Positions 44,590 to 53,088 of a DNA stretch of 64,000 bases are shown here, in pieces. Position numbers and translations under genes: made by a program. Source of the stretch: a plasmid. Position 1 is the first letter of the stretch, and each line of letters opens with the position of its first letter. The stretch lies in the sequence record NZ_CP118102.1. One strand, written 5' to 3'. The notes under the pieces were generated by a model. The model saw nothing but the letters and a program-made list of their open reading frames with translations, had not been told where the DNA came from and did no database searches.

Positions 44590-45799
44590 TATTATCGCCT
44601 GTCGACGCTGTTGCTGTAGGCGTAGAGGTGTTATCACCTGTGGTGGCAGTGGCACTGGTTGTGGATGAATTATCGCCAGTGGTTGAGGAACTGTCACCTG
44701 CACTCGATGTAGCATCTGTATCCGATGAGTTTGTTGCAGGACCACTTGTTGTGGTTGACGTATTATCACCATTCGTTGATGTGCTATCACCTGAGCTGCT
44801 GGTGGCGTCCGTATCCGATGAGTTGGCCGCAGGACCACTACTTGTGGTGGAGGTATTATCTCCATTGGTGGAGGTACTATCACCCGATGACGAAGTGCTG
44901 GTGGCGTCTGATGCGTTGTTCGAGCCGCTAGTTGAGGTTAATGTATCGGTCACGGTAGCCGAACTATCATTATCACTGTTGTTGGTTGCACCACTGGTGG
45001 AATTAACCGTTTCGTTAATGGTAGAGTCACTATCGGTATTAGAGGTATTGTTCGAGCCGCTTGTGCTTGTTAATGTGTCATTGACAGTAGCCGAACTATC
45101 ATTATCACTGTTGTTGGTTGCACCACTGGTGGAATTAACCGTTTCGTTAATGGTAGAGTCACTATCGGTATTAGAGGTATTGTTCGAGCCGCTTGTGCTT
45201 GTTAATGTGTCATTGACAGTAGCCGAACTATCATTATCACTGGTGTTGGTTGCACCACTGGTGGAATTAACCGTTTCGTTAATGGTAGAGTCACTATCGG
45301 TATTAGAGGTATTGTTCGAGCCGCTTGTGCTTGTTAATGTGTCATTGACAGTAGCCGAACTATCGTTATCACTGGTGTTGGTTGCACCACTGGTGGAATT
45401 AACCGTTTCGTTAATGGTAGAGTCACTATCGGTATTAGTGGCGTTCGTTGCCGTACTTTGGTTATCGACTTTTTCGAAAATTTTCGAGTCGCTGTCGCTT
45501 TCCGAATGATTTTTAGCGCCACTTTCGCTTGTAAGTTGATCGTTAATGGTGGATCCGCTGTCGTTATCATTTGTGCTTGTGGCATTACTAATGGCATGAG
45601 CTTGGTTTTTAGCAAGGTTTTTAGCAAGGTTTTTAGCAAGGCTTTTGGCAATCGCCTTGTCGATCGCCTTGGCTAAGGAAATCGTCACTTTGACAGGCGG
45701 CTTGCGGTGTTTGTGTTTTTTACGATGACAGCTACACGCTGTTTGCTGGGAAGATTTTTTTTTGCAGGTTGTTTTTCTTTTTCTAAATTCCTTTGTCAT
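44477..45799 (-). CDS. Ser/Thr/Asn/Asp-rich tandem-repeat protein with a Cys/Lys-rich N-terminus
   Basis: RBS AAGGAGAGG. Four 44-aa repeats (DSDSTINETVNSTSGATNTSDNDSSATVNDTLTSTSGSNNTSNT). N-terminal 'CKKK...CSCHRKKHKHRK' and '(AKNL)n'. No signal peptide. Confidence 0.45.
   Translation of the reverse strand: MTKEFRKRKTTCKKKSSQQTACSCHRKKHKHRKPPVKVTISLAKAIDKAIAKSLAKNLAKNLAKNQAHAISNATSTNDNDSGSTINDQLTSESGAKNHSESDSDSKIFEKVDNQSTATNATNTDSDSTINETVNSTSGATNTSDNDSSATVNDTLTSTSGSNNTSNTDSDSTINETVNSTSGATNTSDNDSSATVNDTLTSTSGSNNTSNTDSDSTINETVNSTSGATNNSDNDSSATVNDTLTSTSGSNNTSNTDSDSTINETVNSTSGATNNSDNDSSATVTDTLTSTSGSNNASDATSTSSSGDSTSTNGDNTSTTSSGPAANSSDTDATSSSGDSTSTNGDNTSTTTSGPATNSSDTDATSSAGDSSSTTGDNSSTTSATATTGDNTSTPTATASTGDNTTTNTSNADNSSTNDNASTANSTLNSTSCATNLQILF
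44955..45440. repeat. 132-bp tandem DNA repeats (about 3.7 copies) inside the repeat-protein gene
   Basis: Near-identical 132-bp units starting at 44955, 45087, 45219 and 45351. Confidence 0.8.
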
Positions 45800-46051
45800 T
45801 ACTTCTATCCTCTCCTTTGATGGGGGTAGTTGACTACCCTTTAGTATATTTGCCTGCTATTAACTCGGAAACGGCGAATCTACCTATAAATTTTTGTCCA
45901 TCTATCAAATACACAGAAAATGGGCAAAAAAAGACCTTGTCTCGCTCTCGGCAAGACAAGGTAAGGTCCATGACAAAGGAGGTGTAGCTACCCTATGTTT
46001 GATATATGCAGGAGGACGGGTTTTCGCTCCCCTTGCCCTGGACAGTCAACC

Positions 46052-46089
46052 GGGGTATTGCCAACAAAACGCGGAAAGCGTACGCTAAG
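46052..46089. repeat. Solitary third copy of the Tn3-family inverted repeat (35 of 38 identical; same orientation as the left copy)
   Basis: GGGGTATTGCCAACAAAACGCGGAAAGCGTACGCTAAG against GGGGTACCGCCAACAAAACGCGGAAAACGTACGCTAAG. Confidence 0.8.
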
Positions 46090-46323
46090 AAACCTTGAAA
46101 TTTATTAGCCTCAATCTATCCAAATGATTCCATCCAAAAGAAGCAAACCCTCCCTACTTTGCAAGGGCTAGGGGGATTACCAAGAATATAAAAGAGAAAA
46201 GAATCGGAAATAAGATCAACCTCAAATAGTCGGTGATTCCTTAAGTATAAGAAACGTTGGCTTTTTTATATAGAAAAATCCTTAGAGTATATTTTCGTCA
46301 AAATGTTGGATGGACCCCTAAAG

Positions 46324-46351
46324 GGAAAAAAAGGGGAGCCGTGGGGGCTCC
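46324..46351 (-). terminator. Rho-independent terminator for the minus-strand ABC operon
   Basis: gggagcc-cccac-ggctccc hairpin followed by a T-run on the minus strand. Confidence 0.6.
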
Positions 46352-46368
46352 CGCAAAGAATCCCGTTT

Positions 46369-47706
46369 CTATTGGTTTGCTCTAGCAAGCATTTTTTGCA
46401 TTTCCGTCACGAATTCTTCCGAAGCGGAATCGATGGAGGCTGCGCCGAAGGCGATTTTCTCGCTCGTCAATTTCAGAAGCTTGATGAATTCGTTGTCATA
46501 AGGGAAGTGCTCGTATCCGTTGCCCGTCGAAATCTTCGTCGCGAGCGAGATGTAGTCGTACAGAATTTTGTCGATCGGAGTCGATTCCGCGGACAGCGCG
46601 TCGCGGATTTTCGCCGAAGGCGGAACGCCGCGGGTGCTGCCCAGGATAGCGGCCGCTTCCGGATCGTTGACCATGAAGTCCATGAACTTGGCGACTTCCT
46701 CCGGATATTTCGTTCCTTCATAGGAAGTAATGAATTGTCCGGACACCGGAGGGCTCATGCCGTTGCCGGCAGGACCGGCAGGGTTCGGCAGCAGGCCGAG
46801 CTGGTCTTCCGTCAAAGCTTGATAACCGAAAATTTGCGAAGCGGATGCGCCCTGGATGGCGACTTGCCCTTTCACGATCAACGATTTGTCGACGGCATCC
46901 GGCGGATTGGCGACTTGAACTTCCGCAGGTACGATCGCTCCGGCTTGGCGAAGCTCGTCCCACATCGAGAACCAGTTGACCACGTCCTGCTTGTCGAACT
47001 TGAGCTCGCCGCTGCGATATAGCTCTTTGCCGTGGGCGGCCAGGTAAGTGGTGAAGGACGCGTTGTCGCTGGACAGATCGTAAGAGCCGTAGAAGCCTTT
47101 GCCAAGCTTCTCGCTGATTTGCAGCGCGCTGTTCTTGAAGTCGTCGAACGTCCAGCTTTCGCCGTTCGGGACCGGAACGCCGGCTTTGTTGAACATCGTC
47201 GCGTTGAACAGCAAGGCTGTCTGGCTGACGCCCAGCGTGACGCCGTACAATTTGCCGTCCGCGGTCGCTTCGTTGATCAAGCTTTGATCGAAGTCTTCCA
47301 GGCGGATGGCATTGCCGACATACGGCTGCAAGTCGAGCAGCGCGTTGCGTCCGACGTACTCCATGATGTTGCCGCCCATCTGGATCAGATCCGGAGCGTT
47401 GCCCGCGGCGATCTGCGTGTTCAGCTTGTCGAAGTAGCCGTCCATGCCGGAATATTCGGCCGTGATTTTGATGTTCGGATTCTGTTTCTCGAACAGCTCG
47501 ATGGCGGCAAGCGTTTTATCGTGTCTCTCTTGCGACCCCCACCATGCCATTCTGAGTTCAACGTTGCTCGGTTTCTCCGAAGCTTTGGCCGAAGCGCTGG
47601 GACTGGCTGCGCCAGAGCCCGACTTGGAGTCGTTCGCGTTGCCGCAAGCGGACAGCAGAAGCGCGCATGTCGCTAGCGCGGCGAACAAAGGTTTTTTGCG
47701 TAACAT
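46369..47706 (-). CDS. ABC transporter substrate-binding lipoprotein
   Basis: Lipobox LLSACGN. Low-complexity SGSGAASPSASAKAS linker. Solute-binding fold. RBS AAGGAGG before the ATG at 47706. Confidence 0.75.
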   Translation of the reverse strand: MLRKKPLFAALATCALLLSACGNANDSKSGSGAASPSASAKASEKPSNVELRMAWWGSQERHDKTLAAIELFEKQNPNIKITAEYSGMDGYFDKLNTQIAAGNAPDLIQMGGNIMEYVGRNALLDLQPYVGNAIRLEDFDQSLINEATADGKLYGVTLGVSQTALLFNATMFNKAGVPVPNGESWTFDDFKNSALQISEKLGKGFYGSYDLSSDNASFTTYLAAHGKELYRSGELKFDKQDVVNWFSMWDELRQAGAIVPAEVQVANPPDAVDKSLIVKGQVAIQGASASQIFGYQALTEDQLGLLPNPAGPAGNGMSPPVSGQFITSYEGTKYPEEVAKFMDFMVNDPEAAAILGSTRGVPPSAKIRDALSAESTPIDKILYDYISLATKISTGNGYEHFPYDNEFIKLLKLTSEKIAFGAASIDSASEEFVTEMQKMLARANQ

Positions 47707-48074
47707 GGAATCGGACCTCCTTTTTTTAACCTGCATGTTCATCATAAGAACTATTCGGTCCCGCGAACATAAAGAAAAGTAAGGGGAACGTATAAAAATG
47801 TTAGGTGTTGCCGAAGACGCAGAAAGAAAAGGCGTCCCTTGGTCCGTTTCGGACGACGGAAGGGACGCCTCTGTTACTCCAATGTACTTTCTTATAGTGC
47901 GTGTTCAAAAAGTCGGCTTTTCAGGACCGAGAAGGTTGGATGAAGCTTAGGGATTGAGGAGCGGAGCGTAGGAAAACCTACGTGAGCACCGGAAAGCCCG
48001 GCTGAATTCAAGATTCGATGTCGAATTCTTCCTGCTCTACTTCGTCATCAAAAGCTGACTTTTTGAACATCCTC

Positions 48075-48995
48075 TTATAGATAAGAATGCTTGGCGTAGG
48101 TCCGCTTGTAGCGCTGCTCAAGTCCGTTGGAAACGAGCTGGAAGCCCATGATCAGCAGGACGTAGGAAGCCAGGGGAATGAACAGAATCCATTGATTCAC
48201 GTACAGGAAGCCCCGGGCTTGTCCGATCAAACCGGCCCATTCGTTGGTGCGGCTATGATACTCGGGAGGGTCCATGTACATCGTCGTGCCGCCTACGAAC
48301 AGGTTAAAGATCGCCAGCTGCCCGAACAGCGTCAGCACGAGCACGATTTCCTGCACGAGCAAAATGAGGAAGCTTTCCTTCAGGAACGGGAACAGATGAG
48401 AACGAACGATCGTCCAATGCCCGGCCCCGAGCGATTCGCTGGCAAGCACGTAAGGCCGGTCGCGCAGGACGAGCGTCTTATCCTTGATCGTCGACAGGAC
48501 GGAAGGGACCCCGACCGCCGTCAGCACGATTCCGAGCAGCACGGAAAGCTGCAGCGGAGACAGGGAGGAATTGATCGAGATGCCGATCAGCAGCAGCCAC
48601 GTGATCAGGAAGATCGGAATGCCGTTGAGCGCCTTCCAGGAGTCCCCCGCGGACCGCTTGTCCGCTTTGTTCCCTCCGAAATAGCCGAGCAGCATGCCGA
48701 GCAGACCGCCTGCGAATACGCGCGCCAAGGCGATGCCGAAGGACAGGAACAGCGTATATTTCGCGCCGTCCAGCAGCTTGGCCAGCAGGTCGTAGCCGTA
48801 TTTGTCCGTGCCGAGCGGATATTCGCTGCCCGGAGCGGCAGGAGGAGCGACGACTGTTCCCTTGCCTTGATCGTCCACGATATATTCGACTTTTAATTGG
48901 TCTTGCAGATCGTGGGGCGACAAATATCCGCCGAACAGGGCGCCGAGCGTAATCAGGACGGTAATCGCCAGTCCGGCCAGCAAGCTCTTGTTCAT
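48075..48995 (-). CDS. ABC transporter permease (OppC/DppC-like)
   Basis: 'PLGTDKYGYDLLAKLL' N-terminal motif. 'ESLGAGHWTIVRSHLFP' EAA-type loop. ATGA overlap with the upstream permease gene. Confidence 0.7.
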   Translation of the reverse strand: MNKSLLAGLAITVLITLGALFGGYLSPHDLQDQLKVEYIVDDQGKGTVVAPPAAPGSEYPLGTDKYGYDLLAKLLDGAKYTLFLSFGIALARVFAGGLLGMLLGYFGGNKADKRSAGDSWKALNGIPIFLITWLLLIGISINSSLSPLQLSVLLGIVLTAVGVPSVLSTIKDKTLVLRDRPYVLASESLGAGHWTIVRSHLFPFLKESFLILLVQEIVLVLTLFGQLAIFNLFVGGTTMYMDPPEYHSRTNEWAGLIGQARGFLYVNQWILFIPLASYVLLIMGFQLVSNGLEQRYKRTYAKHSYL

Positions 48996-49879
48996 CGGGC
49001 GATCACCTTCTCCCATCCCCATAGATACAGTCTGATCAGCGCGTATACGACGGCGTACAGAACAATTAATGTCATTAATCCATTAACGACCAGCGCGTAT
49101 TGGTACCCGCCGAAGCCGAAAGCGTCGGAGAACAGGAACATTGTCACTCCATTGAGGTTGTACAAATATTCCACGACGAAAATGTTGCCCATGAGAATGC
49201 CGAGCAGCTTGTGCAGATCCGCCTTGAAGAAGGGAAGCACGTTGGGCAGGGCATGATGGAAGACGATGCGCATTCTGCTTAATCCGCTCGCTTTGGCGAA
49301 GCCGATGTAATCCTCGCTCAGCGTAAGCTTCATCTGCATCGCCACGTTCCGGATCATGTAGTTGGCCGGAATGATCGTGGCAGAGAGCAGCGGCAGCGCG
49401 ATCGCGGGATCGTCCGTGGACAAGCTGGCGACCTGGAACACGACGGCTCCGGTTTTCGATGCGATGAAGACGACGGCGAATTGCAGCAGCATAATCATTA
49501 CGAAGTCAGGCAGCGCGCCCAGCAGCTCGACGATCCGTTTCAGCCATTCGGCCTTGGAGAGGGCGAAGTAAACGCCGATTATCAGGCCAAGCGTCATGCC
49601 GAGCAGGCTTCCGGCGGAAATATAGAAGAACGACACTTTGAAGGAAGCGCCGATCCGCTCCCAGAAGGAGTATTCGTTTTTGCCGGAGACGAAGCGGAAG
49701 GAATCCCCCGATCCGAGTCCGCCTAAGTAGTCGCTTAAGGCGGCAAAGCTTTGCGACCAGTGCAGCCGAAGCGAGCCGCCGTCCCCGTCCAGCTGAAGCA
49801 GCAGCGGAAGAAGGGAGACGGAGAGTATGAACGCCAGCGCGATTGGAACGATCATCGAGGCTTTGACGAGCCTGAGCAT
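48992..49879 (-). CDS. ABC transporter permease (OppB/DppB-like)
   Basis: 'FAKASGLSRMRIVFHHALPNVLP' signature. Start chosen at the ATG preceded by AAGGAAG. Confidence 0.7.
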   Translation of the reverse strand: MLRLVKASMIVPIALAFILSVSLLPLLLQLDGDGGSLRLHWSQSFAALSDYLGGLGSGDSFRFVSGKNEYSFWERIGASFKVSFFYISAGSLLGMTLGLIIGVYFALSKAEWLKRIVELLGALPDFVMIMLLQFAVVFIASKTGAVVFQVASLSTDDPAIALPLLSATIIPANYMIRNVAMQMKLTLSEDYIGFAKASGLSRMRIVFHHALPNVLPFFKADLHKLLGILMGNIFVVEYLYNLNGVTMFLFSDAFGFGGYQYALVVNGLMTLIVLYAVVYALIRLYLWGWEKVIAR

Positions 49880-50114
49880 GCTGAATTTCGCTTCCTTTCC
49901 ATCATTCTGATCCATCTAGTATAGCTTCGGACAGAAAAGATGAGAAGCGGATTCCGCAAAATCCAGGCGCCGTTAACATGATACAAACGAGGCATTTCTT
50001 ACATTAATCAACGGACTATTCCTCGATGCGCTGAATTTTCCGCACACTTGTAATAAAATGGCATCATTGCGCAGCTAAAACCGGGGGTGGATACCGTTGA
50101 GTAAGAGGCACGTG

Positions 50115-51434
50115 ATGCTGATCGCCGCAACCGCTCTAGCGCTAATAGCCGGGGGATGCGCTTCGAAGCCGGACGGCGGAGGGGAATGGAAAACGTTCGA
50201 GCAGGACGAACAGGCGTCGTTAAAGGTGATGTACTGGGACGAGCAGTCGTTCCATGAGGATTACGGGAATCTGTTTAAAAGTTATTACCCGAACGTCGAA
50301 TTCGAAGTGATCGGGCTTCCGGTCGGCTCGGATCCGTCGCTTACGGTTACCGAATTATACAACCGGCATATCGAAGAGAACCGCCCGGATATTCTATTTG
50401 TCGACAAGCACCGGTGGCTTGCGGAGGAAGGCAAGCTGTTGGAGCTGGACCCGATCATCAAGCGGCAGGAGTACGACTTGAGCGGCTACATGCCGGCCGT
50501 TCTCGCCAAGCTCCGGGAGGAGGGGGACGGCAAGCTGTATGGTCTGTCCCCGAATTTCAGAAGCTTCGGTCTCTATTACAACGCCGCCTTGTTCGAGAAA
50601 TACGGGATAGAGCGGCCTCGCGATTCGATGACGTGGGAAGAAGTGTTCGAGCTGGCGAAGCGGTTCCCGGCTGACGGAGAAGGGAACGACAGGGTGTACG
50701 GGTTTACGTTGGACGGATTTTCGTCGCCGCTGACGGACATTGTGTACAGCCTGATGGCGCAAAACAGAAAAATTCTCAATGCGGACGGGACGGCGGTCGG
50801 GCTGGAAGGCGATTCCTGGAGGGGGATTTTCGAATCGATCGTCAGCGTCGTGCGATCCGGGTCCTTCTACTTGCCGACGCCGGAAGAGACCGCCAAGCGG
50901 ACGAGATTCATAGAGGACGACCGATTCCTGATGGGGAGGTCGGCCATGACGTATCGGGATCATCTCTATCTTCGCCAACTGGAGAATGCCTCCGTCGACT
51001 GGGCGGTCGTCAGCGCTCCCGTCGATGCGCTTAATCGCACGCAGAGCAGCGCCTACGAGCCGGGTCCGGCATTCGTCATCAGCAGGCAGTCTGCCAATCC
51101 CCGCGCGGCGTGGGAATTCGTCAAGTACGCCAATTCCGGGGAGTTCGCCCAGATCAAGTCGAAATCGAGCTCCGACTTCCTGTTCAGCAGAACCGAATAC
51201 ATCCGTCCTCCGTCGGAGCGCGACGTGACGGGACTGTATACACTGGATCCTGTCGCGAATGCGAGCGACGAGTTCGCGGCGCTCGAACCGAGGCTTAAAG
51301 TCGACTTGGTGGAGTTGATCGCAAGCGAATTGACGGCCGCGGCGGAAGGCAGCAAGACGCTGGACGCGGCAATCGAAGCAATGCGCGAGGACGGCAATGT
51401 TTTGCTGGCGCAGATGAAGGCGGCGAGACCGTGA
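50115..51434 (+). CDS. ABC transporter substrate-binding lipoprotein (paralogue 1)
   Basis: Lipobox LIAGGCAS. Shares KLYGLSPNF and LFELAKRFP blocks with the next gene. Confidence 0.7.
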   Translation: MLIAATALALIAGGCASKPDGGGEWKTFEQDEQASLKVMYWDEQSFHEDYGNLFKSYYPNVEFEVIGLPVGSDPSLTVTELYNRHIEENRPDILFVDKHRWLAEEGKLLELDPIIKRQEYDLSGYMPAVLAKLREEGDGKLYGLSPNFRSFGLYYNAALFEKYGIERPRDSMTWEEVFELAKRFPADGEGNDRVYGFTLDGFSSPLTDIVYSLMAQNRKILNADGTAVGLEGDSWRGIFESIVSVVRSGSFYLPTPEETAKRTRFIEDDRFLMGRSAMTYRDHLYLRQLENASVDWAVVSAPVDALNRTQSSAYEPGPAFVISRQSANPRAAWEFVKYANSGEFAQIKSKSSSDFLFSRTEYIRPPSERDVTGLYTLDPVANASDEFAALEPRLKVDLVELIASELTAAAEGSKTLDAAIEAMREDGNVLLAQMKAARP

Positions 51435-51471
51435 ATGCTCGCGAGAAAAAACGGTCAAGGGGCTGTTCGAC

Positions 51472-52821
51472 ATGAACCATATAGGCCGGATAAAATCGGC
51501 GATTCTCGCATTTGCGCTAGTCGTCGCAGGCTGCGACGGCGGAAGCGCGCCAAGCGGTGAGTGGGCGCCGCTCGGCTCGGAGGAAGAAGCGGCGATAAGA
51601 ATCGGCTATTGGAGCGAGAAGCAATTCAACGACGACTACGGATTGATGTTTCGGAGCAAGTATCCGAACGTGAGCTTCGAAGTAATCGGCTTGGACGACC
51701 TGTATTCCGACCCGACCCTGACCGCCGCTCAGGCGTATGCCAAGTATATCGAACGTCATCAGCCGGACGTCTTGTATCTCGGCAATACTTACCGAACGTT
51801 GGCCCAGGAAGGAATGCTGCTTGAACTGGACCCTTGGATCGAGAAGCACAAATTCGATCTGGACAGCTATTCGCCTGTGTCCCTCGCGCTTCTTCGCCAG
51901 GAAGGGGACGGTAAGCTGTACGGGCTAAGCCCGAATTTTTCTTCCTACGGAATTTTCTACAATGCAAAATTGTTCGAGAAGCACGGCGTCATGCTTCCTC
52001 ATAACGCGATGACTTGGGAAGAGCTGTTCGAGCTGGCGAAGCGGTTTCCGACGGCCGGGGACGACGACAGCCGGCTCTACGGATTCACGATCGACGGCTA
52101 CTCGTCTCCGCTGTTCGACATTCTGTACAGCCTTGCCGGCCAAAATAGAAAGCTGGTGGACGCCTCGAAGTCAAGGTTGACGGTTGACGGCGAGCAGTGG
52201 AGAAAGCCGTTCGAAGCAATCGTCGACGTATTCCGCTCCGGTTCGTTCCGCCATCCTTCGCCCGAAGAGCTGACCAGAACGATGAGGACGGCCGGGGACA
52301 ATCGGTTTCTTGCCGGCCAGTCGGCGATGACTTACAGCCAGTCGTATTTGATTCGGGCGTTAAGCTCTTCGGCCCTCAATTGGGGCGTCGTCTCCGCGCC
52401 GGTAGACGGGCTCGACCGGTCGAAGAGCGGCTCGTATAGTCTGGACGGCGTGTTCGCCATCAGCAAGACCACCCGCAACGCGCGGGCGGCATGGGAATTC
52501 GTCCAATACGTCAATTCGGCCGATTTCGCCCAGGTGACGTCCAGAGCGGGCAGGGAAGTGCTGTACAGCCGTTCCGAATTCATACGGCCTCAGGAGGGCC
52601 GGGACATCTCCGGCTTGTACAGTCTTGAGCCTCTGCTCCACGCAGATGAATCGTTCGCTTCACTTCCGAATCCGGTTCAAGCGAAGCTTACGCTTGCGAT
52701 CGTTAACGAGCTCATCGCGGTCATCGATCATTCCAAAACGCTGGACGAAGCGATCGAAGCGATGCTGGCGGAAGGGGAGGAGATACTGCTTCAAACGAAT
52801 GCGGAGGAGAAGTCCGGTTGA
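51472..52821 (+). CDS. ABC transporter substrate-binding lipoprotein (paralogue 2)
   Basis: Lipobox VVAGCDG. Collinear similarity to the preceding gene. Confidence 0.7.
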   Translation: MNHIGRIKSAILAFALVVAGCDGGSAPSGEWAPLGSEEEAAIRIGYWSEKQFNDDYGLMFRSKYPNVSFEVIGLDDLYSDPTLTAAQAYAKYIERHQPDVLYLGNTYRTLAQEGMLLELDPWIEKHKFDLDSYSPVSLALLRQEGDGKLYGLSPNFSSYGIFYNAKLFEKHGVMLPHNAMTWEELFELAKRFPTAGDDDSRLYGFTIDGYSSPLFDILYSLAGQNRKLVDASKSRLTVDGEQWRKPFEAIVDVFRSGSFRHPSPEELTRTMRTAGDNRFLAGQSAMTYSQSYLIRALSSSALNWGVVSAPVDGLDRSKSGSYSLDGVFAISKTTRNARAAWEFVQYVNSADFAQVTSRAGREVLYSRSEFIRPQEGRDISGLYSLEPLLHADESFASLPNPVQAKLTLAIVNELIAVIDHSKTLDEAIEAMLAEGEEILLQTNAEEKSG

Positions 52822-52901
52822 AATGACTCTTTGATCGTGTTAGGATATACGTATTCTAATGTTGGGAGTGAATGGATCGAATGTGATTATTCTTGCGAAC
52901 G

Positions 52902-52932
52902 GTAAAACAATATCGCTTCAAGCGATCGTCTG
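52902..52932 (+). terminator. Leader terminator/attenuator hairpin in the 5' UTR of the ABC-F gene
   Basis: atcgc-ttcaa-gcgat hairpin followed by CGTCTGTTTTATTTTG. Preceded by a short upstream ORF starting at the ATG at 52858 (MLGVNGSNV...). Confidence 0.45.
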
Positions 52933-53088
52933 TTTTATTTTGTCGTGCAAGAAAATTGCATTCCTCTTTCGCTCAGACCGTATATCCTGATTCTGCCCGC
53001 TTGCGGGTCGGGTTAGCCGTATATCTATTTGAGTCGCGAGAATGTAATTTTCTTGCGGCTTATTTATTTGTGCGGAGGGATGTATTTT

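Noticed and set aside
44496-45509. Plus-strand 337-aa Val/Leu/Ser-rich ORF
   Set aside because: It is antisense to the repeat-protein gene, which has a strong RBS and natural start. Its composition mirrors the complementary codons of the Ser/Thr/Asn repeats.
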